This document shows, piece after piece, positions 49,881 to 60,759 of a stretch of DNA of 64,000 nt. The DNA is from Candidatus Bathyarchaeia archaeon (GTDB lineage Archaea; Thermoproteota; Bathyarchaeia; Bathyarchaeales; Bathycorpusculaceae): positions 9,068 to 73,067 of the forward strand of contig JBEKKX010000007.1 in the NCBI GenBank assembly GCA_050010515.1, written 5' to 3'. Each line of letters begins with the position of its first letter. Position 1 is the stretch's first letter. A program made the position numbers and the translations under genes. The notes below the pieces were generated by a model. The model was given only the letters and a program-made list of their open reading frames with translations, was not told the DNA's origin and did no database searches.

Positions 49881-52124
49881 ATGGCGAATACCTTGAAGAT
49901 TGCAGAGTTGCCCGTTCCAGAACAAGTCAAAGAAATACTGCTTAACTTGGGAATTACAGAGTTGTTTCCGCCTCAAGAAGAAACCATACGGGCAGGAGTG
50001 CTAGACGGCAAAAACATTGTTTTAGCTAGCCCAACCGCTTCGGGCAAAACTTTGATTGCTGAACTCTGCGCTCTCAAGCATGTGCTGGAGAAAAATGGCA
50101 AAGTAATTTACCTCTCGCCGCTCCGAGCCTTGGCAAGTGAAAAGTTTGAGGAATTCAGAAAATACTCATCTATCAGGAAGGCGGATGGCAGAAAAGTTGC
50201 TGTTGGCATTAGCACGGGCGACTTTGACACTGCTGACAATTGGCTTGAACGCTATAATATTATTGTTTGTACTAATGAGAAGGCTGATTCGCTTCTGCGG
50301 CACCGTGCCAAATGGATGGATGACATCTCGCTGGTTGTGGCGGATGAGGTTCACCTTTTAAACGATGCGGGGCGTGGTCCAACTCTTGAGGTGGTGTTGG
50401 CTAGGTTGCTGCAGGTTAATCCTGACATTCAGGTTTTAGCGTTAAGCGCCACAATAAACAACGTGGACGAAATCGCATCATGGTTGAAAGCCAACTACGT
50501 CGTGACTGAGTGGCGTCCAGTCTTGCTTAAGGAAGGCGTGATTTTGAATGAGGAAATCCAGTACAGGGATGGTGACGCAAGAAAAATAGAAAAGAAAACG
50601 CGCTACCCCACCGTAAACCTTGTTTTAAACACGCTAAAGACTGGTGGGCAAGCCCTCGTTTTTGCTTCAACAAGAAAAAACTCTGTTTCAGCCGCAAAAA
50701 CCATTGCCCAACACACAAACGAAGTCTTATCCAAGCCTATGAAGCGAACGCTGGAGCATGAAGCAGAAAAAATCCTGTCTGCAGGCGAGCGGACCCAAAT
50801 CAGCGAAACCCTCGCTGAGCTTGTTCGGTGCGGCACAGCTTTTCACCATGCCGGCTTAGTAGGGGTACATCGTAAGCTGATTGAGGATTCGTTTAAGGAG
50901 GGAAAAATCAAAGTGTTGACTGCCACGCCTACGTTAGCGTTCGGTGTTAACCTTCCTGCACGCACGGTTATTATTCAGGATTACAGGCGTTTTGAGCCAG
51001 GCTATGGGAATTACCCGATCAGTGTGTTGGAGTATAAGCAAATGGCGGGCAGGGCTGGGAGACCAAAATATGACAAGGTAGGCGAATCGATTCTTATCGC
51101 CAAAACCTCGGATGAAGCTGACTATTTGATGGAAGGCTATGTTTTGGCTAAGCCTGAGCGGATTTGGTCTAGGCTGGGGGTTGAAAAAATAATCCGAGGA
51201 CACGTGTTGGCCACTGTCGCTTCAGATTTTGCTCATTCAGAGAATGGTATTTACGAGTTCTTCGGCAAAACCTTCTACGCTTACCAATACGACGTGAAAG
51301 CAATCAAGGGCATCATTGGTAAAATCCTAAAGTACCTCTATGACGAGCAAATGATTGATTTCAGCGGAGACAACATCTACGCAACAAAGTTTGGGAAACG
51401 AGTAAGCGAACTCTACATTGACCCACTCTCAGCAGTTGTAATCCGCGACGCACTAAGAAACAAACCTGCTTACCTAACAGATTTCGGTCTGCTTCATTTG
51501 ATTTCTCACACCCCTGACATGGGGCCAGTAATGAGACCCTACGCACGAGAGTGTGATGCTTTGGCGGTTCAGCTTGAAGAGCACAAAGACGAATTGTTCA
51601 CTGAAGTTCCAAACGAGTGGGGCGACCACTTTTCATACGAGGAGTTCCTTGGCGAAATCAAAACGGCGCTGGTGATGAAGAGTTGGATTGAGGAAGTCAG
51701 CGAAGAAAAACTCATTGAGCAGTTTAACGTACAACCCGGCGACCTATATCGGACTATTGAGAATGCGAAGTGGCTGCTTCACGCCACAGATGAATTGGCT
51801 CAGCTTTTCAAGGAAAAAGAAGTTTTGCCGCTAACTAACGAGCTGGTGGAGAGGGTTTCTAAAGGCATAAAGAAAGAGCTATTGCCCATTGTCCGGCTGG
51901 AAGGGGTGGGCAGAGTCCGCGGACGCATAATGTATAACGCAGGATACCAAACCATCGAAGATATAAAGCATGCATCAGTTGAGGACTTGACTAATTTGCC
52001 GCTTGTGGGGCCAAGGTTGGCTAAGAAAATTAAGGAACAAGTCGGCGGATTCGTTAAAAAGGACACATGGGAAAAGCTTGACAAAGAGCAAGAATTTAAG
52101 CAAAGGGCGCTTTCAGATTTTTAG
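49881..52124 (+). CDS. hel308: Hel308 / Ski2-like helicase
   Basis: PTASGKT, DEVH, SAT, AFHHAGL, TPTLAFGVNLPA and QMAGRAGRP motifs; C-terminal HhH. Confidence 0.95.
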   Translation: MANTLKIAELPVPEQVKEILLNLGITELFPPQEETIRAGVLDGKNIVLASPTASGKTLIAELCALKHVLEKNGKVIYLSPLRALASEKFEEFRKYSSIRKADGRKVAVGISTGDFDTADNWLERYNIIVCTNEKADSLLRHRAKWMDDISLVVADEVHLLNDAGRGPTLEVVLARLLQVNPDIQVLALSATINNVDEIASWLKANYVVTEWRPVLLKEGVILNEEIQYRDGDARKIEKKTRYPTVNLVLNTLKTGGQALVFASTRKNSVSAAKTIAQHTNEVLSKPMKRTLEHEAEKILSAGERTQISETLAELVRCGTAFHHAGLVGVHRKLIEDSFKEGKIKVLTATPTLAFGVNLPARTVIIQDYRRFEPGYGNYPISVLEYKQMAGRAGRPKYDKVGESILIAKTSDEADYLMEGYVLAKPERIWSRLGVEKIIRGHVLATVASDFAHSENGIYEFFGKTFYAYQYDVKAIKGIIGKILKYLYDEQMIDFSGDNIYATKFGKRVSELYIDPLSAVVIRDALRNKPAYLTDFGLLHLISHTPDMGPVMRPYARECDALAVQLEEHKDELFTEVPNEWGDHFSYEEFLGEIKTALVMKSWIEEVSEEKLIEQFNVQPGDLYRTIENAKWLLHATDELAQLFKEKEVLPLTNELVERVSKGIKKELLPIVRLEGVGRVRGRIMYNAGYQTIEDIKHASVEDLTNLPLVGPRLAKKIKEQVGGFVKKDTWEKLDKEQEFKQRALSDF

Positions 52125-53461
52125 TTCTTAGCTTTAGCAAATTTTTCAGCCTGTTTAACTGCCGTGCCCAAATAGTTCTTCGGGTTTAATGCTTCATCTA
52201 TCTCTTTTTCGCTTAATTTGCTGCTTACGAATTTGTCTTGTAGGAGAACTTGCTTGAAGTCCCGCTTTTCCAGCGCACTTTGAATTGTCAGTTTCCTCAG
52301 TAACTCGTGTGCTTCTTGCCTGTTCACGCTTTTCTTTGTCAACGCCATCATTACGGCTTCCGACATGGCGCGTCCCTGCGTCAACGATAGATTCTGCAGC
52401 ATCCGCTGGCTATCGACCCGCAGGTTAGCGATAATATTGCACATTAAGTTGAGCATGTAATCAAGAAGAATATTCGATTCTGGCAGAATGAAGCGTTCAG
52501 CTGAGGATTGTGTTAAATCTCGCTCATTCCACGTAATCATGTCTTCCAACGCGGGAGTGCTGAGGCTTCGGACGATTCTGGCTAAACCGCAAACTCTCTC
52601 GCATGTTTCAGGGTTCTGTTTATGCGGCATCGTGGAGCTGCCGACCTGCTTGTTAGCTTCAAACGCCTCAGAGAGCTCGCCGATTTCGGGTCTTTGGAGT
52701 TCCCGTATCTCGGTTGCAAAATTCTCCAGCGAAGAAGCAACCATCGCGTAGGTGCATACAAGTTCAGCGTAACGGTCTCTCTGAACAATCTGGGTCGATA
52801 TCTCTGCTGCATGAAGACCAAGCCGTTTCATTACAAGCTCCTGAATCACCTCGGCATGCTCACCTAAACCAGCTTGCGTACCTACTGCGCCGCTTATTTT
52901 TCCCACTAAGACGCGTTTTTTGCACTCGTTTAACCGTTCAATGTGCCTGTTAACCTCGTAGCCCCAAACCGCAAACTTAAAGCCCAAAGTAATCGGCAAG
53001 GCGTGTTGCCCGTGGGTTCTGCCGATCATTATCGTTCCTTTATGCTGAGCCGCTTGCTTTTTCAATATTTCCTTCAAATCGGATAGCTTTTTCTCGATAA
53101 GCCCTAAAGCATCCTTTAGCTGCAACGCGTTAGCTGTATCAACGATGTCGTAGCTTGTTGCACCCAAATGTACGTAGGCGCCGCTTGGACCACAAACCTC
53201 TGAGAGCGCACGAACAAGCGAGGCAATATCATGCTTTATCTCTTTTTCAATAGCTTTTACTCGTTCAACTTTAACGTGCTTGGTGGAAGCCATGGAGGCG
53301 ATTTTTTCAGCGTCTTTCTTTGGAATATTGCCAACTTCAGCATGGGCTAAAGCTAAGGCAGATTCAACATCAAGCAGTTTCTGAACTCGGGTTTCTTCTT
53401 CGAAGATTTTTAGCATCTCTGGCGTTCCGTAACGACCAGTATCTATGGGTAGTATGGGCAA
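52121..53461 (-). CDS. purB: Adenylosuccinate lyase
   Basis: HLGATSYD, GRTHGQHA and GSSTMPHKQNP motifs. Confidence 0.96.
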   Translation of the reverse strand: MPILPIDTGRYGTPEMLKIFEEETRVQKLLDVESALALAHAEVGNIPKKDAEKIASMASTKHVKVERVKAIEKEIKHDIASLVRALSEVCGPSGAYVHLGATSYDIVDTANALQLKDALGLIEKKLSDLKEILKKQAAQHKGTIMIGRTHGQHALPITLGFKFAVWGYEVNRHIERLNECKKRVLVGKISGAVGTQAGLGEHAEVIQELVMKRLGLHAAEISTQIVQRDRYAELVCTYAMVASSLENFATEIRELQRPEIGELSEAFEANKQVGSSTMPHKQNPETCERVCGLARIVRSLSTPALEDMITWNERDLTQSSAERFILPESNILLDYMLNLMCNIIANLRVDSQRMLQNLSLTQGRAMSEAVMMALTKKSVNRQEAHELLRKLTIQSALEKRDFKQVLLQDKFVSSKLSEKEIDEALNPKNYLGTAVKQAEKFAKAKN

Positions 53462-53544
53462 GTTGGTGTTTCCTCAAAGTTAAGGATATACACATTAAAG
53501 ATTAATGTTTTACCAATGCTATTGCAGAATGTATGCAGTATTGA

Positions 53545-55002
53545 GTGTGTAAATGTATGAAAGTAACTCTGGCAGTATTAGACAAACACGGCGATAATGT
53601 AGTTGACCGGGTTCTTGAAGTGCTCAGTGCGCTCGGTGATGGGCAGTTTTCACATTTTGGGTTAGTTTCACCGAAGAAGAGTGTTTTTGAGAAAAGCCTT
53701 GGCATTCTACGGAGACAGGGCTTAGGTTCATCAACCTTAGTCGGCTATGTTTCCTCGAAACCTACTTCGGCGAGCGGTTATGAGTTTTTGCAGTTGGATG
53801 ATGCAGCACTTGTTTTTGAAGGCAGAGTCTACTCGCCTATACCAAAAGCCGCTGTCATGGAACAGGTTGCCAAGGAACCGCTCCATTGCGAAACACTCCT
53901 GCAAACACTAATCGCGAACGCGGATGGCGATTATTCGTTTCTAATGCTAAAAGACAGTTGGATTGCGGCTGGAAGAGACCCAGTTGGAGTTCAACCGCTC
54001 TATTACGGGGAAAACCAAAGCGTTGCCGCCATTGCTACAAACCGAAAAGCATTATGGAAACTGGAAATAGAAAACCCCATATCTTTTCCGCCAGGAAACA
54101 TAGTCTTTGTGAATCGTGAGGGCTTCCAGTTCAAACCCGTCAAAACGCCAACTTACACAGAGCCTACGCCGATAACGTTGGATGAGGCAGCAAAGAGGCT
54201 TCAAGCCCTTCTTGAAGAATCAATCCGCAGGCGCATACATGACGTGAAGGAGGTTGCGGTCGCGTTTTCAGGGGGATTAGACAGCAGCTTAGTCGCTTAT
54301 TTGGCAAGTAAGCTTGGAGTGAAAGTTAACCTGCTTCACGTAAGCATGGAAAACCAAGCTGAAACCGAAGAAGCAATTGAGGCATCAAACGAATTGAATC
54401 TGCCCCTACAGGCGCATTTATTCAAGGATTCTGACGTGGAAAAAACCTTGCCCAAAGCAGTAGCACTAATTGAGGAGCCTGACCCGATTAAAGCCAGCGT
54501 CGGCTTGCCGTTTTATTGGGCAGCAGAAAAAGCGGCTGAAGCAGGCTTCCGGGTGATGTTGGCTGGGCAGGGTGCGGATGAACTGTTCGGAGGCTACCAA
54601 CGCTACGTCAACGAGTACTGCAAAGAGGGAAGCGAAAAAGTCCGAAAAACAATGTTCAACGATGTGGTTAGGATTCATGAGAGCAATCTTGAGCGCGACC
54701 TCAAAATCACCGCTTTCCATGATGTGGAACTGCGTTTGCCCTTTGCATCATTTGAGCTTGCAGAGTTTGCATTAAGCTTACCGATTGAGTGCAAAATGGA
54801 ACAGAAACCCGACACTCTACGAAAGCTCGTTTTAAGAAAGGTCGCGTTGAACGCTGGCATGCATAGCTCAATGGTGGATAAACCCAAGAAAGCAGTGCAG
54901 TACTCTACCGGCATAAACAATGCGATAAAAAGAGTTGCGAAAAAACACCACAAAACAGTCAACGAATACATAACTGGGCTGTTGCAAGAATCAAAACGCT
55001 AA
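53545..55002 (+). CDS. asnB: Asparagine synthetase B-like protein
   Basis: RDPVGVQPLYY, AFSGGLDSS, GQGADELFGGY and KKAVQY motifs; divergent amidotransferase N-terminus. Confidence 0.8.
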   Translation: MCKCMKVTLAVLDKHGDNVVDRVLEVLSALGDGQFSHFGLVSPKKSVFEKSLGILRRQGLGSSTLVGYVSSKPTSASGYEFLQLDDAALVFEGRVYSPIPKAAVMEQVAKEPLHCETLLQTLIANADGDYSFLMLKDSWIAAGRDPVGVQPLYYGENQSVAAIATNRKALWKLEIENPISFPPGNIVFVNREGFQFKPVKTPTYTEPTPITLDEAAKRLQALLEESIRRRIHDVKEVAVAFSGGLDSSLVAYLASKLGVKVNLLHVSMENQAETEEAIEASNELNLPLQAHLFKDSDVEKTLPKAVALIEEPDPIKASVGLPFYWAAEKAAEAGFRVMLAGQGADELFGGYQRYVNEYCKEGSEKVRKTMFNDVVRIHESNLERDLKITAFHDVELRLPFASFELAEFALSLPIECKMEQKPDTLRKLVLRKVALNAGMHSSMVDKPKKAVQYSTGINNAIKRVAKKHHKTVNEYITGLLQESKR

Positions 55003-55190
55003 CCACCACTTAACCGAAGGGGGAGGGTCTACTATTTGCTTTTGAAATCGCTTAACAAAAAAGAGGGCGAGAGGGAGTCAATTTTGTTGATGAGTTTCTT
55101 TAGCTAAATTGAGGGTAGGGCAGAGGGGGATACTTTTTAGATGGTGAAAATGGGACAAAAAAGAGGGTATCCCTCTAGGGCGCAGTACAC

Positions 55191-56510
55191 TTATGGTGTT
55201 AACCTGACTCTGTCACGCGGATACAGCGTTACTTCCCTGATGTTCTTTTTCCCAGTCAAAATCATCGTTAACCGCTCAAGCCCAATGGCCCATCCGGCGT
55301 GAGGCGGCATCCCGTAATCGAAGGCTTGAAGATGATGCTTGAATGATTCAGGGTTCAATCCTTTCTCTTTCAGTCTTTGGATTAGCTGGTCTTTTTGGGA
55401 AATTCTTGTTCCTCCCGACCCCAGTTCTATGTACCGCCACATTAAATCGAAGCCTTCGCAAAGTTCAGGCTTGTCCTCACGCGGTTTAATGTAGAAAGCT
55501 TTTGCATGTGTAGGCCAGTCAGTTATGAAATAGAAGAATGGGTAGAGCTTGCCTAATTCTCTGAAGGCTTCCGTGGGGATGTCTTCGCCCCAAGGAATCG
55601 TTACTCCTTGCTTTTTGAGGTCATCAAGAACTTGGTCGTAGGTTAAACGTTTGAACGGAATTTCGGGAACTTCAAACTTGTATTTGAGTGCAGACAGCTC
55701 GTTGGCACACTTCTCCTTTACTGTAGTGCAAACGTGATGTATGACTTGTTCAAGGAGTTGCATGACGTCTTGAGCGTTCGCAAAAGCCTCTTCGATGTCA
55801 ACGGAGACGAACTCGCTTAGGTGCCTGCGAGTGTGTGATTCTTCTGCCCTAAAGAAAGGTCCAACTTCAAAGACTTTCTCAAAGCTTAACGTTAATTCTT
55901 CTTTGTAGAGTTGTGGGCTTTGCGCAAGGTACGCTTTTTGACCAAAATAGTCGACGGTGAACAGTTCTGCTCCACCTTCAGTTGCAGAAGCAATAATCCG
56001 TGGCGTGTGAGCTTCCAAAAAACCTTTCTGGAATAGGAAGCTTCGTATTGCTTCAAGAGCGGTGTGTTGGATTTTGAAGATGGCTAAATTTTTTTCTTGG
56101 CAAAGATCCAGCGCTCTTGCGTCTAAGCGTGCTTCTATGTTGGCTGGCGTTTTCCCTGTAATATCAATGGGAAGTTGAGGTGTGGCTTCGCTTAAGATTT
56201 TGATTTCCAAAGGTATTACTTCGACGCCTCTTGGCGTCATGTTTGTTTTTTTCACCGTTCCCCTAACTGCTAAACTGAATCTTTTCTGTACAAGGTCTGA
56301 CTTGCCTAAAACTTCAGGCGCTATTCTTTTTTTAGGAATGGTTATTTGGATTGTTCCTTCTCGGTCTTGAAGTATAATAAAGCGGATTCCGCCTAGGTCG
56401 CGGATTTCCTGAACCCAACCGAAAAGAGTAACTTCTTGACCGTCTGTTTGTGGTGTCACGTTACAGGTATAATGGGTTCTAATCCATCCATCAATCGAGT
56501 CCAAGTTCAT
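55191..56510 (-). CDS. aspS: Aspartate--tRNA ligase, probably non-discriminating
   Basis: ATEGGAELF, LAQSPQLYK, FRAEES.T.RHL and GMPPHAG motifs; Pro in the L1 loop (MTPRGVE). Confidence 0.95.
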   Translation of the reverse strand: MNLDSIDGWIRTHYTCNVTPQTDGQEVTLFGWVQEIRDLGGIRFIILQDREGTIQITIPKKRIAPEVLGKSDLVQKRFSLAVRGTVKKTNMTPRGVEVIPLEIKILSEATPQLPIDITGKTPANIEARLDARALDLCQEKNLAIFKIQHTALEAIRSFLFQKGFLEAHTPRIIASATEGGAELFTVDYFGQKAYLAQSPQLYKEELTLSFEKVFEVGPFFRAEESHTRRHLSEFVSVDIEEAFANAQDVMQLLEQVIHHVCTTVKEKCANELSALKYKFEVPEIPFKRLTYDQVLDDLKKQGVTIPWGEDIPTEAFRELGKLYPFFYFITDWPTHAKAFYIKPREDKPELCEGFDLMWRYIELGSGGTRISQKDQLIQRLKEKGLNPESFKHHLQAFDYGMPPHAGWAIGLERLTMILTGKKNIREVTLYPRDRVRLTP

Positions 56511-56526
56511 GTTTGTTCGCCAATCC

Positions 56527-57036
56527 TTAATCTGCGATTTCTACGCGTAAGGACATTTTACGTACTTTACTGGCGATTTCCTTTAAAGCCTTAAGGTCAA
56601 AAGGCAACTGTGCGCCACGTTTCCGCTTCAGGATAACTCTGGTTTCAGTGGTTCCGTCTGGAAGCCAAATCGTGTTGATTGTTAGTATGCTGAAGGGTAT
56701 GAATAGGTCTTCTAGGAATTTGCGGTCATCAACACCATACTCTAATACGCGAACATTCTTGCCTGTTTCATCGCTTAGAGCTTTGATGATCTTGCCACTG
56801 TAACCTAAAAGTCTCGGCACATCTCCGTGCCCAACGATGATGGCTAAGGTTTTTTCTACTTCAATCGCTTTGTAGAAACAGACGTTTTGCAGGGAAGGAT
56901 ATTTCTCTTCTAAAGAAAGCAGCAAACGGGCTATTTTCAGGTCTATCTGGCTGATTTCGCCAGATTTTACTTTAGCTGAGCATTTTTGGCATAGAATGCC
57001 GCTTTTTAAGCAGAAACTGCATAGTTCCGTTTTCAT
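56527..57036 (-). CDS. NusA-like KH-domain protein with N-terminal zinc motif
   Basis: CSFCLKSGILCQKC; LLGYSGKIIK KH-like loop; INTIWLPDGT. Confidence 0.75.
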   Translation of the reverse strand: MKTELCSFCLKSGILCQKCSAKVKSGEISQIDLKIARLLLSLEEKYPSLQNVCFYKAIEVEKTLAIIVGHGDVPRLLGYSGKIIKALSDETGKNVRVLEYGVDDRKFLEDLFIPFSILTINTIWLPDGTTETRVILKRKRGAQLPFDLKALKEIASKVRKMSLRVEIAD

Positions 57037-57070
57037 TTGTGTGTCGTTTTTCCTGCAAATAGGAGTTTGG

Positions 57071-57361
57071 CTATTGCTTGATTCCTCTTATTAACGTTAT
57101 TTCTATTGTGCTCACGTTAATTGGTGAGTCGCCTTCTTCCTGTGGTAATAGCTGGTCTGTTCCGATGCCGATGTTTTTGATTTTTACGTCTGGGAGGAAT
57201 CTGTGCCTAACAACTTCGGCTACGTCAATTGCTCGGCTGATGGATCTTCCCCGTGCTTTTATACTTACTTCTTTTGCTCCGCCATGAAAGAAAGTGATGC
57301 ATGCGAGTACATAGTTCATTATTGGTTTTTTTCCGATTAAGACAGCGTTAGCATCAGTCAC
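57071..57361 (-). CDS. albA: Second Alba paralog
   Basis: [27 protein letters not shown] and NVSTIEI motifs. Confidence 0.93.
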   Translation of the reverse strand: MTDANAVLIGKKPIMNYVLACITFFHGGAKEVSIKARGRSISRAIDVAEVVRHRFLPDVKIKNIGIGTDQLLPQEEGDSPINVSTIEITLIRGIKQ

Positions 57362-57971
57362 GTCTTCGCTTCACTCCTAGTTTACTTTTTAAGTGGCTTC
57401 ACTAAAGCCTTTTTTAAAAATAAATACGTTGTGGTGTCGATTTAATGTTCTGTCTGGGCGCTTGCAAATTGGTTGCCGCTCGTTGCTGTTTGCTGTTTTT
57501 TGTTTATCTACTGTCACAGTTTATTTCAAAATATACACTCTTCTTTGGACTTGTAAAAAGCTCTTATAACCTGTTTAAGAAGCCGTGTATTAGTTAGCTC
57601 TTGTTTTTTCTTCTTTAGTGCTTTTTTACATCAAAAAACAGTCTTTTCTATGTTGAAAAGCACCGTTCTGCATGCAAAGTGCGCGGTCTCAGTTCCATGC
57701 ACATCTATGTTGAATCATATTTGAAGCATATTAGAAGCATCTAGTAGACCGGGTAGGTAGGTTGAGCAAAAACAAATATCCTTAAGACAAAAAACGAGAG
57801 CTAAATACATACAAGAGCCAAATTTAAGAATCTTGCAAGTAAGGAAGCCCTAAAGTGTTGGAGGGCGTTTGCTTTTTGGTAGATCGGTATCTGTTTTTGA
57901 GGGGTTTGGTAACACCAAATTCTTAAGCAACCTCACTATTGTAAAGTTTAACTTAACAAAATATCACATAA

Positions 57972-58439
57972 GTGACCAATTTGGAGCCATTAACTAAACG
58001 TTCAATTCAACTTTTAAAAACACTCTATGAGAAAGGGAAATCCACAAACACCTATACGTTGAGGGTTAAGCAAGACGAGTTATCAAGCCAATTGGGAGTG
58101 AGTAGGCAAGCGTTAAATGTGCACTTGCGCAAACTAAAAAACCGAGGCTACATTCGAACTGGCAGAGGCTTCATAGATGTTACTGATAAAGGATTGAATG
58201 CCCTCGGCGTATCCACTACTCCAGCCTTTATTCTGCTCAAGGTTTCACCAATTAAGCGAATACACGTTTATGACCAAATTCGTGAGCTTGCCGTTTCTAG
58301 AGCTTTCCGCATTGCTGGCGAAGTAGATGCATTAATAATTGTTGAGCGAGATAACTTAGACGAAGTTTTAAAGAAACTCTATGGCATAGACGGAATCGAA
58401 GATACACGTTCTTATGTCACGATTGAGGAAATTAAATAG
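57972..58439 (+). CDS. Lrp/AsnC family regulator
   Basis: N-terminal HTH (ELSSQLGVSRQALNVHL); C-terminal IAGEVD...IDGIEDTRS. Confidence 0.8.
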   Translation: MTNLEPLTKRSIQLLKTLYEKGKSTNTYTLRVKQDELSSQLGVSRQALNVHLRKLKNRGYIRTGRGFIDVTDKGLNALGVSTTPAFILLKVSPIKRIHVYDQIRELAVSRAFRIAGEVDALIIVERDNLDEVLKKLYGIDGIEDTRSYVTIEEIK

Positions 58440-58447
58440 GGTCAGTT

Positions 58448-59593
58448 TTGGATTTATTTGAGTATGAAGCGAAACAAGAGTTCTCAAAGCATAATATTTC
58501 TATTCCAAAAGGCGCATTGATTGCTAAGTCCACCCAAACAGCTCAGGCAATTGCTAAACTTAAGCCGCCTTACATGGTGAAAGCGCAAGTTTTAGTTGGC
58601 GGAAGAGGGAAAGCAGGCGGAATCATATCTGCCACATCGGAAAAAGAAGCAGAAGAAGCCGCAGTTAAACTTCTTGGGGTACGGATAAGAGGTTTGCTTG
58701 TTAAACAGGTGCTAATAGAAGAAAAACTTTCAATCCGCAAGGAATTGTACTTGGGCATTGCGATTGACCGCTTTAACCGAAGCTACGTTGCCTTAGCCTC
58801 TGCAACAGGCGGAGTAGAAATCGAGGAAATAGCTAGTAAAACACCAAAAGCAATCATCCGAACCCTCATTGACGCAAAGTCGGGTATGCGTTCTTTCGAC
58901 TCCGCGGCAATAGCAAAACAGTTAGGTTACATTGACAATCAACTTGTAAAATTATCAACCATCATCCAGAAACTATACCAAGTTTGCATTGACAACGATG
59001 CTGAATCGGTTGAGATTAATCCTTTAGCCGAGACAGAGACAGAGACAGGAGACTTCGTTGCCCTAGACGCTCGAATGGTAATTGATGATAATGCCTTGTT
59101 TAGGCATCCAGAATACGCGGCAAAAGAAACCGAAGCGCTTTCGCCTCAAGAGGCTTTGGCTTTAAAGAATAATTTAGCTTATGTTAAACTTGACGGCGAC
59201 ATAGGTGTGGTCGGCAATGGCGCTGGATTGGTTATGGCTACACTTGATTTGCTGAATTTTTTCGGCGGTAAACCAGCAAACTTTTTGGATTTAGGCGGTG
59301 GAGCAACCATTGAAGCCATAGCGGCAGCCTTACAGATTGTTTTTGCTGAACCAGACACTAAAGTCATAATAGTCAATGTCCTTGGAGGAATAACCCACTG
59401 CGATGATGTTGCACGGGGCATTGTTGAGGCAGCAAACGAGGCTAAAGTTAAGAAACCGTTGGTTGTTAGGCTTGTAGGCACAAATCAGCAGGAAGGCCAA
59501 AAAATTCTGGCTAATGCTGGCATAAGCGTCTTAGACAGCATGGAAGAAGCAGCAAAACAAGCCGTTGAAATTACCAGGGGAGCGCAACCGTAA
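58448..59593 (+). CDS. sucC: Succinyl-CoA synthetase beta subunit
   Basis: LFEYEAK, KAQVLVGGRGKAGG, GNGAGLVMATLD and PANFLDLGGG motifs. Confidence 0.95.
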   Translation: MDLFEYEAKQEFSKHNISIPKGALIAKSTQTAQAIAKLKPPYMVKAQVLVGGRGKAGGIISATSEKEAEEAAVKLLGVRIRGLLVKQVLIEEKLSIRKELYLGIAIDRFNRSYVALASATGGVEIEEIASKTPKAIIRTLIDAKSGMRSFDSAAIAKQLGYIDNQLVKLSTIIQKLYQVCIDNDAESVEINPLAETETETGDFVALDARMVIDDNALFRHPEYAAKETEALSPQEALALKNNLAYVKLDGDIGVVGNGAGLVMATLDLLNFFGGKPANFLDLGGGATIEAIAAALQIVFAEPDTKVIIVNVLGGITHCDDVARGIVEAANEAKVKKPLVVRLVGTNQQEGQKILANAGISVLDSMEEAAKQAVEITRGAQP

Positions 59594-60474
59594 TGGGCAT
59601 AATAATTAACGCTGACACAAAAGCGATTGTTCAGGGCATCACTGGGAAACAGGGCAGTTACCACACTAAACTAATGCTTGATTACGGAACTAAAATAGTG
59701 GCTGGAGTGGTTCCAGGCAAAGGCGGAACAGTAGCCAATGGAGTGCCAGTTTATGATACCGTAAAAGAAACTGTTGACGTGTATTCGCCTAATGCTTCAA
59801 TAATTTTTGTGCCAGCGCCGTTCGCCCAAGATGCAGTTCTAGAAGCCATCGATAACAAAATCAAGACAATCGTTGTGGTAACTGAGCATTTGCCGATAAA
59901 AGATGCAATAAACGTAATGGCATACGCAAATCAGTCGAAAGTCACCATTATTGGTCCAAACACACCTGGAATAATAACGCCTGGACAATGCAAACTTGGA
60001 ATAATGCCAGCCCACATCTTCAAGTCAGGCAGCATCGGCGTGATTTCGAGAAGCGGAACTTTAACCTATGAAATAGCCGCTGGGCTCACAGCCAAGGGTT
60101 TGGGACAATCAACATGTGTTGGTGTCGGCGGTGACCCTATCGTTGGCTTAAATTTTATTGAAGCCTTAGAATTGTTCAAGGAAAACCCGAAGACTAAGGC
60201 AATAGTTTTGATTGGTGAAATTGGCGGTAACATGGAAGAATTAACAGCAGAGTACATAACACAAGAACGTTATCCCAAGCCGATTGTGGCTTATGTGGCT
60301 GGACGTTTTGCGCCATCTGGCAAGCGGATGGGTCACGCGGGCGCCATAATAATGGGCAAGCAGGGGACTGCGCAAAGCAAAATTGAAGCATTAATAAACG
60401 CTGGAGTGATGGTGGCTGAGAAGCCTAGTGATGTGACAGCGCTCTTGGTTAAGGAGCTTTGCCTTAAGGATTAG
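59593..60474 (+). CDS. sucD: Succinyl-CoA synthetase alpha subunit
   Basis: VQGITG, GPNTPG, SRSGTLTYE and RMGHAGAI motifs. Confidence 0.96.
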   Translation: MGIIINADTKAIVQGITGKQGSYHTKLMLDYGTKIVAGVVPGKGGTVANGVPVYDTVKETVDVYSPNASIIFVPAPFAQDAVLEAIDNKIKTIVVVTEHLPIKDAINVMAYANQSKVTIIGPNTPGIITPGQCKLGIMPAHIFKSGSIGVISRSGTLTYEIAAGLTAKGLGQSTCVGVGGDPIVGLNFIEALELFKENPKTKAIVLIGEIGGNMEELTAEYITQERYPKPIVAYVAGRFAPSGKRMGHAGAIIMGKQGTAQSKIEALINAGVMVAEKPSDVTALLVKELCLKD

Positions 60475-60564
60475 CTTTTACTGTAAATTGCAAAGTTTAG
60501 ACAAAAGGTATATTTGATACTTAACCATCAAAGACTTAGCCCAAAATGGACGGTTAACAATAAA

Positions 60565-60726
60565 ATGCCGATATTAGATCCAGTTAAAAAGGCCATAGCG
60601 CAGAAGCACAGGTTGTACATGAAAATCTGCAGAGACTGCGGCGCACGCAACGCTGAAACAGCAGTAAAATGCAGAAAATGCAAAGGCAAGAACCTGCGCT
60701 GGAAGAAACGAGAAATAGTAAAGTAA
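60565..60726 (+). CDS. rpl40e: 50S ribosomal protein L40e
   Basis: KICRDCGARN...CRKC...LRWKK. Confidence 0.93.
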   Translation: MPILDPVKKAIAQKHRLYMKICRDCGARNAETAVKCRKCKGKNLRWKKREIVK

Positions 60727-60759
60727 AGTCGTTGACGCTGGATTCATAAATCTCTTATT

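Noticed and set aside
55010-55185. G-rich gaggg tracts between convergent asnB and aspS
   Set aside because: No definable repeat unit, inverted termini or RNA fold could be supported from this window.
57362-57971. Long intergenic region as an ncRNA or hidden ORF (also 4339-4791)
   Set aside because: No SRP, RNase P or C/D-box features and no credible ORF were seen.
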